Source: Bacteriovoracaceae bacterium
GTDB lineage: Bacteria; Bdellovibrionota; Bacteriovoracia; Bacteriovoracales; Bacteriovoracaceae
Reading direction: 5' to 3'
Length of the DNA stretch: 64,000 bases
NCBI GenBank assembly: GCA_048270185.1
Contig: JBLWTJ010000002.1
Span: 562,443-626,442 of the forward strand
Positions 38,887 through 49,047 of the stretch are shown one piece after another. The number at the start of each line of letters is the position of its first letter. Position 1 is the stretch's first letter. The translations under genes and the position numbers were made by a program. The notes under the pieces were generated by a model that had not been told where the DNA came from, did no database searches, and was given only the letters and a program-made list of their open reading frames with translations.

Positions 38887-41553
38887 GTGACTAAAAGTTT
38901 CGAAGATTTACCGAAGACGTATAGTTCAGGTGATGTAGAAAAAAAGTGGTACCAGAAATGGGAAGGTGAAAAGTATTTTGCTCCTAAAGCAGGAAAGACT
39001 GGTGAGTCTTTTTGCGTCATCATGCCACCTCCAAACGTCACAGGAATTCTTCACGCAGGTCACGCCCTTGATATCACAACTCAAGATGCCCTTATTCGTT
39101 TTAAAAGAATGAAAGGTTATGAAACTCTTTTCCTTCCAGGAATGGATCACGCAGGTATTGCAACTCAATCGAAAGTTGAAGAGCTAATTTGGAATGAGGA
39201 AAAGAAAACAAAGCACGACTACTCTCGCGAAGAGTTCTTAGAGAAAATCTGGAACTGGAAAGAAGAGTACGGTGGTGTTATCGCTAACCAACAACGAGTG
39301 ATGGGAGCAAGTTGTGATTGGGATTACTCAATGTTCACAATGGACCCAGAAGCAAATGAAGCAGTAAGACGAGCCTTCGTAACTCTATACAATGAAGGTC
39401 TAATCTATCAATCAGATTATATTGTTAACTGGGATCCAAAACTTCAATCAGCAATATCTGATGCAGAAGTTGATCACAAAGAAGTAAATGGTGCTTTCTA
39501 CCATATTCTCTATTCAGTAAAAGATAGCGATATTAAGTTAGAAGTAGCAACAACAAGACCTGAAACTCTTCTAGGAGATACGGCCGTTGCAGTTAATCCA
39601 AACGATGAAAGATTCGCTCACCTCATTGGAAAGAAAGCAATCGTTCCACTGTGTAACCGTGAGGTTCCAATTGTAGGCGACGAACACGTTGATATTGAAA
39701 AAGGGACAGGTTGCCTAAAAGTTACTCCAGGTCACGACTTCAATGACTTTGAAATTGGAAAGAGACACAATCTTGAAATCATCAATATTCTAAACCTTGA
39801 TGGTACTCTTAATGAGCACGGACTTGAGTGGCAAGGACTAACATGTAAGAAGGCCCGTAAAGGTGTTATTGAAAAACTAAAAGAGCTTGAACTATTTGTT
39901 AAAGAAGAAAAGCATGTCCACCAAGTTGGACACGGAGAAAGATCTGGTGTTGTTATTGAACCAATGATTTCAAAACAATGGTTTGTCGATGTACACTCGA
40001 TGTCAGCAGAAGCTGTTGCTAGAGTTGAAGACGATACGACTCGCTTCTATCCAAAAGGCTGGGAGAACACTTATTTTTCTTGGCTTCGCGAGCCAAAGAA
40101 CTGGTGTGTTTCACGCCAACTACTATGGGGTCACCGTATTCCTGTATTCACATGTAACTCTTGTGAACACCAATGGGCCGATGAAGCTCTTGAGCCAGAA
40201 TCATGTCCAAAGTGTTCTAAAAAAGATTACACACAAGATCCTGATGTTCTTGATACGTGGTTCTCATCTGGCCTATGGCCGATGTCGACACTTGGTTGGC
40301 CAAATGAGCAAAGAATGCAAGAGCGTGGTTTTGATAGGTTCTACCCGACTTCAGTTCTAATCACTGGTTTTGATATTATCTTCTTCTGGGTAGCTAGAAT
40401 GATGATGATGGGAACAAAATTTTCTAACAAAGTCCCATTCGATAAAGTTTATATTCACGCCATCGTAAGAGATAAGCTAGGTCGTAAAATGAGTAAGTCT
40501 CTTGGTAACGGTATTGATCCACTAGAGATGGTTGAGCAATACGGAGCAGACGCTTTCCGTTTTACTCTTGCAGCAGGCTCTGGCTACAACCGTGCTATCA
40601 ATCTTGATCCTGAGAGAATTGCAGGTTACAGAAACTTCATTAATAAAATTTGGAATGCCTTCCGTTTTATTTCTCCATTCTTAGAACTTGCGGACAAGAA
40701 CCTTCCAGAAAAATTAGATGACCAAGAAAAATGGATTCTATCTGAACTTAACGATACAACAAAGCTTGTTAATGAGTCTCTTGAAGCTTTCCGCTACGAT
40801 GATGCTTGTTCTGAGATCTACTCATTTGTTTATGACAAATTCTGCTCTTGGTTTATCGAGCTTTCAAAGAATACTCTTAACGGAGATGATGAAGCGGTTA
40901 AAGTTCAAAGAGCAACAGTTCTTAAATACTGTTTTAGAAAAATCACAGCACTTCTTCACCCTATCTCTCCATTTATCACTGAAGAACTTTGGGGCTACTT
41001 AAAAGAAGAGTCTGAAGATCTTCTAATCTCTGCTGAGTACCCAGAATTTAATCCAGCTCTAAGCTATGCTAATGAGCAAGTAAAAATGAATAAATTTATT
41101 GAAGTTGTTTCAGGAATTCGATTCCTTAGACAGTCAGTAAATATCAAGCCAAAAGATGAAGTCGAAGTTGAATTATTCACAGATGATTCAGAAGCGGCTT
41201 CATACTTTGCAGATAACATGGCCGGTATGCAAGACCTTGCTCGTGCTAAAGACATTAAGATTAAAGATAAATCTGAAACTAAGCCAGGCAAGTGTATCGT
41301 TAAGGCCACAACACACACTGATATCTTCCTTCAATTAGATGGTGTGATCGACCTTGATGCCCAAATCAAACGTCTTGAAAAAGACTTTGATAAGACTCAA
41401 AAAGAATTCGATAAGATTGGAAAGAAACTTAATAATGAAAAGTTTATGGCCAATGCTCCAGACGAAGTTGTTGTGGAAGTAAGAGAGAAGGCCCAGGCCT
41501 TTGAAGAGAAGTTGAAATCTCTAAGCGAACAAATCGAACAATTCAAATCATAA
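38887..41553 (+). CDS. valS: Valine--tRNA ligase
   Basis: PPPNVTG.LHAGHA, DHAGIATQ, TTRPET, DVLDTWFSS, KMSKS, C-terminal coiled coil. Confidence 0.98.
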   Translation: MTKSFEDLPKTYSSGDVEKKWYQKWEGEKYFAPKAGKTGESFCVIMPPPNVTGILHAGHALDITTQDALIRFKRMKGYETLFLPGMDHAGIATQSKVEELIWNEEKKTKHDYSREEFLEKIWNWKEEYGGVIANQQRVMGASCDWDYSMFTMDPEANEAVRRAFVTLYNEGLIYQSDYIVNWDPKLQSAISDAEVDHKEVNGAFYHILYSVKDSDIKLEVATTRPETLLGDTAVAVNPNDERFAHLIGKKAIVPLCNREVPIVGDEHVDIEKGTGCLKVTPGHDFNDFEIGKRHNLEIINILNLDGTLNEHGLEWQGLTCKKARKGVIEKLKELELFVKEEKHVHQVGHGERSGVVIEPMISKQWFVDVHSMSAEAVARVEDDTTRFYPKGWENTYFSWLREPKNWCVSRQLLWGHRIPVFTCNSCEHQWADEALEPESCPKCSKKDYTQDPDVLDTWFSSGLWPMSTLGWPNEQRMQERGFDRFYPTSVLITGFDIIFFWVARMMMMGTKFSNKVPFDKVYIHAIVRDKLGRKMSKSLGNGIDPLEMVEQYGADAFRFTLAAGSGYNRAINLDPERIAGYRNFINKIWNAFRFISPFLELADKNLPEKLDDQEKWILSELNDTTKLVNESLEAFRYDDACSEIYSFVYDKFCSWFIELSKNTLNGDDEAVKVQRATVLKYCFRKITALLHPISPFITEELWGYLKEESEDLLISAEYPEFNPALSYANEQVKMNKFIEVVSGIRFLRQSVNIKPKDEVEVELFTDDSEAASYFADNMAGMQDLARAKDIKIKDKSETKPGKCIVKATTHTDIFLQLDGVIDLDAQIKRLEKDFDKTQKEFDKIGKKLNNEKFMANAPDEVVVEVREKAQAFEEKLKSLSEQIEQFKS

Positions 41554-41558
41554 ATAAG

Positions 41559-41587
41559 AAGGCCCGCAAATTAAGCGGGCCTTTTTT
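41559..41587. terminator. Terminator between convergent valS and GNAT genes
   Basis: aaggcccgc-aaattaa-gcgggcctt then tttt. Confidence 0.8.
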
Positions 41588-42122
41588 ATATTTCAAAATA
41601 ATAATATTCTTCTTGATAGATCTCTTTATTAAATTCCAGTGGAGATTCTTTTAAGAACTTTCCTCCGTTCTTAATAAAGAAACCTTTTGATGGATTATCC
41701 TTAAAAGTACAAATATAGAAACAATCATAACCACGATTTTTAAAGTCATTTATAACTGCATCAAGTAACTCTTGCCCTAGTCCTGCTTTCTGATACTTCT
41801 TCAAAATATAGAAGTCATAAATCTCACCAGGAATTCCATGCTCATGTTCACGAGCAGGGCCGTAATCAATGAAGCCCGCCACATCTCCATCAGGCGCGTG
41901 GAAAACCAGCGTTCCACCCTCTGTTGGCCTTCGAGGAATTTTACGTTCCCAAGCTTGCTGAACGTCAGTGTACTTTAATGAGTAAAGATATTCTTTAGAA
42001 AGGATGCCCTTGTAGTTTTCCCAAAAGCAATCCACGTAGATTCTGGCCAAAGATTTGATATCTTCCGGCTGTACAGGAAGGATCTCAAATGGTGCAAATG
42101 TTAAGTCTTTTGCGGCCGTCAT
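41586..42122 (-). CDS. GNAT family N-acetyltransferase
   Basis: GEIYDFYILKKYQKAGLGQELL; NPSKGFF...GG. Confidence 0.88.
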   Translation of the reverse strand: MTAAKDLTFAPFEILPVQPEDIKSLARIYVDCFWENYKGILSKEYLYSLKYTDVQQAWERKIPRRPTEGGTLVFHAPDGDVAGFIDYGPAREHEHGIPGEIYDFYILKKYQKAGLGQELLDAVINDFKNRGYDCFYICTFKDNPSKGFFIKNGGKFLKESPLEFNKEIYQEEYYYFEI

Positions 42123-42173
42123 ATAAATATTTTAGCAAGTTTCCCACAGGCCCGCAATCGCTTCAATTATGCA

Positions 42174-43106
42174 CTATGGAACAAGCCTAAGTGACTGATA
42201 ATTAATAATATAATCTTCTAAATCGGGGAAAGCTTTAAGTTGAATCATTTCTGAGATCCCATAGGACAGCAGTGAATTCCCACTAAACGATAACTGACCA
42301 ATCGTCTCTGGCATATACTTCCAATGAGGCAAGTCACTGTCTTCTTCACACATTAAGAAGGCCAACTGTCCTCGGTTTCGACTCATTTGAGCAGTGGCCA
42401 ATGAGTTCGTAATAACTGCATCAAACTCATCAATACGACGTCTTAGAATATTTGGTGATTCATTAAATAACTTTATATTCTTCTTAACCTTCACTTCTTC
42501 GTAGTCTTGTAACGCCTCATTAGAGATATAACCGTGAAGATTTAAAGTCGGAAGACACTCGGCCACAAAGTTAATTCGATCAATAAAGACCTGATCATAC
42601 TTATGTGGAAAAGGAATCAATATATTTGAAATTGTTGGATGGGTAAAATGATGATCAATTGCAAGATCTTTATAATTTCCAGAAATTGCTTTTAAAGCTG
42701 ACGCCTTTTGTTCATCTAAGTATTCTCCACTAAACTCAGGAAGAGATATTTGATAGAAGAAACTCTTAGGCCCACCTTGTAGTCCAATTTTTGTATTTGC
42801 ACGAAAGGCCAGACCAAGAACGGCCGAATACATATCATTAACAAAATCAAAGTAGAAATCAGTATTAAAAATATCATGAAGATTGGCCGCAAATTTATGT
42901 GCCGCAAACATCGACTCTGTTTCTTTCTTTGATATTGGATAGGCCCAACAGCGTGACGGGAGCCAGAAATCATCAACATCAATCGTATCATTATAGACAA
43001 TCGCAACCTGATTATCTTCATGCTCATTTACAATAGCATTTGCAATAGGAAGAACTGAAGCAAACTCGACTTCATCTCCTTTTACTCGTAGGAGAAATTT
43101 CTTCAT
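42174..43106 (-). CDS. Divergent glycosyltransferase family 9 (heptosyltransferase)-like protein
   Basis: N-terminal LLRV...LP...AI...VAIV, DFYFDF...SAVLG...KIG, DAVITN. Confidence 0.5.
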   Translation of the reverse strand: MKKFLLRVKGDEVEFASVLPIANAIVNEHEDNQVAIVYNDTIDVDDFWLPSRCWAYPISKKETESMFAAHKFAANLHDIFNTDFYFDFVNDMYSAVLGLAFRANTKIGLQGGPKSFFYQISLPEFSGEYLDEQKASALKAISGNYKDLAIDHHFTHPTISNILIPFPHKYDQVFIDRINFVAECLPTLNLHGYISNEALQDYEEVKVKKNIKLFNESPNILRRRIDEFDAVITNSLATAQMSRNRGQLAFLMCEEDSDLPHWKYMPETIGQLSFSGNSLLSYGISEMIQLKAFPDLEDYIINYQSLRLVP

Positions 43107-43819
43107 TTCTCTTGTCCATTCACTCTTAGTTCACAATAAATTACTGTAAAGAAAACCACTGCAAGTGGAAGAAAGAATAAATTTAAAATAGGAACAGAAA
43201 TAAGAAACATAAAGCACACTCCTCCTAGTAGATAAGGAAAGAAGCCGTGTCTGACATCACCAATGCATTCAGAAAAATTTAATTCATTACGTGCCCAAGA
43301 GTAATCAACAAATGAAATTGCAAGAATTAGTCCCCCTAAAATAAATGTGATTGGTGGAAAAACAAAGCCAAGTGCGATATTAGCAATTGAGAGAAGTGCA
43401 ATGACTCCGATCTTTTTAACTTCATTCATTAAGATACTTGGAAGCCTTTTAAAAGTTTCAATAAGTGAATCTGTTGATTCTTTTCTTAATTCATAGATCT
43501 TTTCAACTCTGGCACTAATCATGTCATTAAATGGAGAAGCAACAACTGAAATAAAAATAAAGAACGTCCAGTTGATTAAAACTCCAAGAATAAGAATTGC
43601 AAGACCAGAAATTAGAGTATTCATCCAACCTTGGTCAGGGAATTTTTCATTGATATATCCATGTCCCCAAGCAGATACTTCACTATAGGCATATTGACCG
43701 AGAAAGTAGTAGAACGCAAAGCCAATAAGAACTGGGCATAGTGCAATCATTATCATCGTCTTATCAGTCTTGAGTAAGTTCATCGAACGAAAAAAGAAAT
43801 ATGGGATTTTTGCTATCAT
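43103..43819 (-). CDS. EI24/CysZ family membrane protein
   Basis: VASPFNDMISARVE, FVDYSWAR, VPILNLFFLP. Confidence 0.85.
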   Translation of the reverse strand: MIAKIPYFFFRSMNLLKTDKTMIMIALCPVLIGFAFYYFLGQYAYSEVSAWGHGYINEKFPDQGWMNTLISGLAILILGVLINWTFFIFISVVASPFNDMISARVEKIYELRKESTDSLIETFKRLPSILMNEVKKIGVIALLSIANIALGFVFPPITFILGGLILAISFVDYSWARNELNFSECIGDVRHGFFPYLLGGVCFMFLISVPILNLFFLPLAVVFFTVIYCELRVNGQEK

Positions 43820-44233
43820 TTATTCTCCGCTATTTTTTAATGGAAACTTAAAACCTTTAAGTCGCTCAAAATCTCCAAGCCCAGGTTTTTCAGGTATTGC
43901 CTTCACAATATCCTTTAAGTTCTGCCAATCAAGATTCTTATCCATTATATCTGACTCCACATGATTTTTTTCAATGAAGTCAATTTTACCCTTGGCCTTC
44001 TTAATCATTCCCGAAGCGCCGTTTAGGTTGTCATCTTCTTGATGATAGAGACATGTGGCCAATTGAATCACGACCCAATAGACATAACGCGCATTGTCTC
44101 CAATAGCATCCATCCAAAGATCTTCCACGACTTCGTGGCACATCCAATAATGCTTCGTATTAAACAGCTTTAACCCCTCTTGAAGAAGGTCTAAGTGCTC
44201 ATCAGTGAATTGTCCAAAGTGATATTTCGTCAT
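43820..44233 (-). CDS. DUF309 family protein
   Basis: GLKLFN...YWMCHEVVEDLW...IQLA...H...N..GA; start reassigned to the ATG at 44233. Confidence 0.82.
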   Translation of the reverse strand: MTKYHFGQFTDEHLDLLQEGLKLFNTKHYWMCHEVVEDLWMDAIGDNARYVYWVVIQLATCLYHQEDDNLNGASGMIKKAKGKIDFIEKNHVESDIMDKNLDWQNLKDIVKAIPEKPGLGDFERLKGFKFPLKNSGE

Positions 44234-44358
44234 ATTACAGCATAGTCTAGTGCATCTTAGACTTATGCACATGACACATAGGCCAAAACTATTCAATTTA
44301 ATCTAAAGACGATAGAATTTCTCAAATTATGACGTCAATTTAAATAGGATTAAATTAA

Positions 44359-45492
44359 ATGAATCGAAAAGATCTCGTGCCTGAATATTTAAAGAATCTC
44401 CAAGTTTATCAAGCGGGAAAACCAATTGATGAAGTTGTCAGAGAAAAGGGGCTAACAAAAGTTTCAAAACTAGCTTCTAACGAAAACCCTCTTGGGCCAT
44501 CGCCTTATGCAATTAGAGAAATGACTCGAGGACTTTGGGATCTTCACCGCTATCCAGATATGCATGCATACGCACTTAAATCGAAACTTGCACAGATGTA
44601 TGATCTAAAATTAGAAAATATTATTTTAGGAAATGGATCAGAGGGAATCATGGCATATATTGCTCGTGCATTCTTGCAACCAAATGATGAAGTCCTAACA
44701 TGTGATAATACATTTATTGGCTTCTATATTCTTGCACGTAGTGTTGGGGCAAAACTTAATAAGGTCCCATTAACTAAAGATTATCGTTTTGACGTTAAGG
44801 CCCTTGCTGAGAATATTACAGATAAGACAAAAGTCATCTATATCGCAAACCCAAATAATCCAACGGGTACATATATAACAAAAGAAGAGTTCGATTATTT
44901 AATGAAATTTGTACCTTCTCATACTCTTGTTATCTTAGATGAAGCCTATTTTGAATTTGCTCAAGATCAAGACGATTATCCTGATTCGATGAACTATCGA
45001 TATGATAATGTCCTTACACTTAGAACTTTTTCAAAAGCTTATGGTTTATCTGGAATTCGTGTTGGCTACGGCTTTGGTCATCCTGAACTTATTGGCTATC
45101 TAAGTAGAGTAAAGCTTCCATTTGAACCAAACCTCATTGGACAACTAGGAGCCGTTGGTGCCCTTGAAGATCGCCCGCATCTTGAAAGAACTCTTCGTAA
45201 TAATCGCAAGAGATATGATGAATTAATGGAATACTTAATTGATCGCAAATTTAATCCAATTAAATCAATTACAAACTTCGTGACAATTAAAACTGGAAGT
45301 AGTGAAGCAAGTGACTTCATGTTTGAAGAACTTCTTAACGAAGGTGTCATCATTAGAAAACTTGTTGCTAATGAAATGCCTGAATTTGTCAGAATTAGTA
45401 TTGGAACAAAAGATGAAATGTATCACTTCTACGAAGCATTTGATCGCATCCTACCAGCCTACAATAAAAGATTCAGAAAGGAACTTCTATGA
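44359..45492 (+). CDS. hisC: HisC-family PLP aminotransferase (histidinol-phosphate or aromatic amino acid)
   Basis: KLASNENPLG, RYPD, NPNNPTG, DEAY, RTFSKAYGLSGIRVGY. Confidence 0.9.
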   Translation: MNRKDLVPEYLKNLQVYQAGKPIDEVVREKGLTKVSKLASNENPLGPSPYAIREMTRGLWDLHRYPDMHAYALKSKLAQMYDLKLENIILGNGSEGIMAYIARAFLQPNDEVLTCDNTFIGFYILARSVGAKLNKVPLTKDYRFDVKALAENITDKTKVIYIANPNNPTGTYITKEEFDYLMKFVPSHTLVILDEAYFEFAQDQDDYPDSMNYRYDNVLTLRTFSKAYGLSGIRVGYGFGHPELIGYLSRVKLPFEPNLIGQLGAVGALEDRPHLERTLRNNRKRYDELMEYLIDRKFNPIKSITNFVTIKTGSSEASDFMFEELLNEGVIIRKLVANEMPEFVRISIGTKDEMYHFYEAFDRILPAYNKRFRKELL

Positions 45493-46505
45493 AAATATGC
45501 CAATATGTAAATCATGGAACTCACCGCCCAGAACCAAGACTCGGTATCTTAACAGACGATGGACTAGTTATTGATCCAAATAATGTCTGGGCATGTGACT
45601 ATGAAAGAGAGGGCCATTTTAATTTTTGGGATCGAGCTAATCACACTTGTCCTCCATCTCTTTCTAAAATTCTACAAACAAAAGATGATCCTATCGATTT
45701 CTTAGGTGAATGTTATGGACTTTATCTCTTTTTAGAGAAAGTTGGAGATCTTACGCTTAAAGATGGGACACCAATTGCTTTTAAAATTGATGATGTTAAT
45801 TTTAAAAGACCAATTGATCATATTCCAAATTATCGCGACTTCTATGCTCATGAAAAACACGTTGCAGCCGGTTTTAAAAAGCGCAACGAGCCAATTCCCC
45901 AAGCTTGGTATGAAATACCTGCTTACTATAAGGGACCAACTCATGGCTTTATTGGACACCAAGACGAAGTTCTATGGCCTAGCTACACGAATATCTTAGA
46001 CTATGAACTTGAGCTAGGCATGGTTGTGGCACGTGATGGAATCAATATCAAAGAAGAAGATGCGAAAGACTATATCTTTGGCTTCACTATTCTAAATGAT
46101 ATTTCAGCACGTGATATTCAAAAGAAAGAAATGGCCGTACGTCTAGGACCTGCAAAAGGTAAAGATTTCTGCTCTGTGATCGGCCCTGTCATTACGACTT
46201 TTGATGAATTTGATTTTAAAGAACCAAACCTAAAAATGACAGCAACAATTAATGGTGAAAAATGGTCTGAAGGATTCTCCGGAGACTCTCACTATAGTTG
46301 GGGCCAAATGATTGCACATGTCTCTAAGGATGAGTGGTTACTCGCTGGAGACCTTTTTGGATCTGGAACAGTTGGAACAGGCTGTGGACTGGAGATTGAT
46401 AAGTGGCTTAAGCCAGGTGATGAAATCACACTTGAAGTCGAAGGTATTGGAAAGCTTACGAATAAGATTGGTGAAAAAAGAGGAAGTACTAATGGCAACA
46501 GATAA
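45489..46505 (+). CDS. Fumarylacetoacetate hydrolase family protein
   Basis: RDFYAHEKH, LDYELE, NDISARD, KGKDF, GSGTVG. Confidence 0.9.
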   Translation: MKICQYVNHGTHRPEPRLGILTDDGLVIDPNNVWACDYEREGHFNFWDRANHTCPPSLSKILQTKDDPIDFLGECYGLYLFLEKVGDLTLKDGTPIAFKIDDVNFKRPIDHIPNYRDFYAHEKHVAAGFKKRNEPIPQAWYEIPAYYKGPTHGFIGHQDEVLWPSYTNILDYELELGMVVARDGINIKEEDAKDYIFGFTILNDISARDIQKKEMAVRLGPAKGKDFCSVIGPVITTFDEFDFKEPNLKMTATINGEKWSEGFSGDSHYSWGQMIAHVSKDEWLLAGDLFGSGTVGTGCGLEIDKWLKPGDEITLEVEGIGKLTNKIGEKRGSTNGNR

Positions 46506-47598
46506 TCGTATGGAATCATTTAAGGCCAGTGGTGTTTATACAAAACAGGCCCACGTTGATATCCCAGAAGGTTTATATGAAGAAGAGCATGGAAGAAATG
46601 GTTTCTTTGGCCGTGTCAGCCAGCTCTACCACACACAACCACCAGTAAATTGGACAAATATTGACGGTAACTTAAAGCCAAAGAATTTACCAAGTCTCTT
46701 TTCACATAAAGATATTCAAGATGACTTCCAAACAATTCTTCGAAATAATGATTGTGAACTAAGTCTTGGGACACTCACAAAGTCTCTTAATTATTTTCTA
46801 AGAAATGCAGACTTTGATGAACTCTACTTTGTTCATGAAGGTGAGGGTGTTTTTGAAACAATCTACGGACAAGTCCCTTTCATCAAGGGTGACTATATCG
46901 TTATCCCTCGCGGAACAACATATACAATTAAAATCACTGAGCTAGCTAAGTTCTTCCAAGTTGAGTCACGCTCTGAATTTGAAGAACCATCTCGTGGACT
47001 ACTAGGTCCTAATGCTCTCTATGATCAAACTGCAAAGTTTACTCCTGAAGCAGCACTTGGTTCAGATCAAGATTGGTCAGAATACAAAGTTAGAGTGAAG
47101 AGACTTGGAGAAATTACAACAATCACTTACCCATTCAATCCCCTAACTGCCAAAGGATGGAAGGGCTCTGTTTATCCATGGAAAATTTCAATCTATGACA
47201 TTTGTCCAATTATGAGCCACCGCTATCATGTGCCTCCATCAGGACACACTACTTTCGTAGCAAAGAACTTCGTTGTTTGCTCCTTTGTTGAAAGGCCATT
47301 AGAAGATAAGAAACACAAAGTTTTAAAAGTTCCTTTCTATCATTCAAATATTGATTTTGATGAAGTCCTTTTTTATCACCAAGGAAACTTCTTCTCACGT
47401 GATAATATCGATGCAGGGGCCCTGACATTCCATCCTCAAGGCGTTCATCATGGACCACACCCAAAAGCATTTGAAGCAGGTGACGACAAACTATACACTG
47501 ACGAGTACGCTGTTATGGTCGATACTCGCTACCCTCTTAAACCAACAAAGTGGTTTGAAGAGAATGAAAACCAAGACTACTGGAAAAGCTGGATGTAA
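46492..47598 (+). CDS. hmgA: Homogentisate 1,2-dioxygenase
   Basis: RNADFDEL, GDYIVIPRG, HVPPSGH, PFYHSNIDFDEV, HPQGVHHGP; start at ATG 46492 (SD gagg). Confidence 0.93.
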   Translation: MATDNRMESFKASGVYTKQAHVDIPEGLYEEEHGRNGFFGRVSQLYHTQPPVNWTNIDGNLKPKNLPSLFSHKDIQDDFQTILRNNDCELSLGTLTKSLNYFLRNADFDELYFVHEGEGVFETIYGQVPFIKGDYIVIPRGTTYTIKITELAKFFQVESRSEFEEPSRGLLGPNALYDQTAKFTPEAALGSDQDWSEYKVRVKRLGEITTITYPFNPLTAKGWKGSVYPWKISIYDICPIMSHRYHVPPSGHTTFVAKNFVVCSFVERPLEDKKHKVLKVPFYHSNIDFDEVLFYHQGNFFSRDNIDAGALTFHPQGVHHGPHPKAFEAGDDKLYTDEYAVMVDTRYPLKPTKWFEENENQDYWKSWM

Positions 47599-48230
47599 TG
47601 ATGATTTCATTTGATACGACTAAACAAGAATTTAAAGACAATTATAAACTCCTTATCGGCTCAGTTGTGCCAAGACCGATTGCCGTTGTTTCAACGATAA
47701 ATGAAGATGGCTCAAGTAATATTGCTCCTTTTTCATTTTTCACGGTAGTTAGTGCGCAGCCAATGATTATTGGATTTTCACCAATGATTCGCTCAAGTGA
47801 TGGAGAACAAAAAGATACTCTTAAAAATATTCTTCGCCAGAAAGAATTCGTCGTGAATTTTGTAACGGAAGAAAATTATGAAAAAGTAAATCTTTGCTCG
47901 ACTGAACTTCCCCATGGTGAATCTGAATTTAAGTTTTCAGGCCTCACTGAATTAGATTCTGACATTGTTGCACCTAAGAGAATGCAAGAATCACCGATTC
48001 ACTTTGAATGTAAGTTTAGAGATTCTCTTAGCTATGGTGATGTCCCAGGTACGGGAACCTTTGTGACAGGAGAAGTTGTAAAGGTTCATGTTAAGGACGA
48101 ACTTCTTGAAGAAGGCCGAATTGACCAAGATAAGTATAGGCCAGTTGGGCGTGGAGCCGGAAATGACTGGGTTCTAACAAATAATCGTGTTCAAATCGAG
48201 CGCCTCATGAAGGCCCAGATTCAAAAATAA
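47598..48230 (+). CDS. Flavin reductase-like FMN-binding protein
   Basis: YKLLIGSVVPRPIA, NIAPFSFF, KDTLKN, EFVVN, ESPIHFEC. Confidence 0.88.
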   Translation: MMISFDTTKQEFKDNYKLLIGSVVPRPIAVVSTINEDGSSNIAPFSFFTVVSAQPMIIGFSPMIRSSDGEQKDTLKNILRQKEFVVNFVTEENYEKVNLCSTELPHGESEFKFSGLTELDSDIVAPKRMQESPIHFECKFRDSLSYGDVPGTGTFVTGEVVKVHVKDELLEEGRIDQDKYRPVGRGAGNDWVLTNNRVQIERLMKAQIQK

Positions 48231-48237
48231 TCAATAA

Positions 48238-48263
48238 TTTCAGCCTCTTACGGGGGGCTGAAT
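48238..48263 (+). terminator. Hairpin ending the hmgA operon
   Basis: ttcagcctct-tacg-gggggctgaa (with G-U pairs). Confidence 0.6.
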
Positions 48264-48355
48264 ACTCTTTTTACACCCCTAGAAATTATTCCAATTTTCA
48301 CCTTCGACTTCCCCCTTTATAGTATTCTCCCTAAAGGAAACCACAAGAGGAAAGA

Positions 48356-49015
48356 ATGAAGAAGCTATTTATTATCGCAACACTACTAACGTCAACATAT
48401 TCACATGCTGACCTATTTGATAACTTAACAGGAAATTTAAACCTAAGCCCTTCCCAATCAAGCAACTTAAGAAATGGATTGTCCTCAATTCTTAGTGGTA
48501 GCTCAAGTTCTGGAGTAAAAATTAAAGAGCGATTAAGCTTCAATAAATGTTTTGAAATGCTTAACCAAGCTAAAAATAATCAAATTACAGAAAAAGAAGA
48601 ATTCGTAAATATAGGTTATGCACTTAACAACTTCTATTCAAATGTTATCGAAGGTGACTACCAACAATTCCACAATCCAGATACTAGTTTTAGAAAGTTT
48701 GGACGCACTCTTATGAGAGGTATTACGAATATTGAAAGTATTGGTTTCAATAGTACAACCTCTTCAAAAAATGCTCCTCAACTAGACTATGACTGTTCAA
48801 ATTTTATGGATATTGAAAAAGTATCGAAAGTAATTGTTAACAATAAAGAGTGTCGTAAAGTTGATCTTGCTCTAAACGCAATGAACTCTCAAACAAAGAA
48901 GAGAGTTCAAGCCGGCGTTTCTCACTACTTCTGTGAAGGAGAAAATATTGTTAAAGCAGACTATACTGGAAAGAAATTTACTGAAATATATGAAATGAAT
49001 GAAATTAAAGAATAA
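48356..49015 (+). CDS. Exported hypothetical protein
   Basis: SD gagg, signal peptide (SHA-D), 4 Cys. Confidence 0.75.
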   Translation: MKKLFIIATLLTSTYSHADLFDNLTGNLNLSPSQSSNLRNGLSSILSGSSSSGVKIKERLSFNKCFEMLNQAKNNQITEKEEFVNIGYALNNFYSNVIEGDYQQFHNPDTSFRKFGRTLMRGITNIESIGFNSTTSSKNAPQLDYDCSNFMDIEKVSKVIVNNKECRKVDLALNAMNSQTKKRVQAGVSHYFCEGENIVKADYTGKKFTEIYEMNEIKE

Positions 49016-49018
49016 AAT

Positions 49019-49042
49019 AAAAGCCGCTACAAAAGCGGCTTT
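49019..49042. terminator. Bidirectional terminator
   Basis: aaagccgct-acaaa-agcggcttt between convergent stops. Confidence 0.75.
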
Positions 49043-49047
49043 CTTAT

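Noticed and set aside
46312..46491. N-terminal extensions given by the ORF track (hmgA; also rpsB, pyrH, hslO, LolA-like, DUF309, 52023 ORF)
   Set aside because: Downstream starts fit family N-termini or signal peptides better, most with an SD; several extensions overlap genes or terminators
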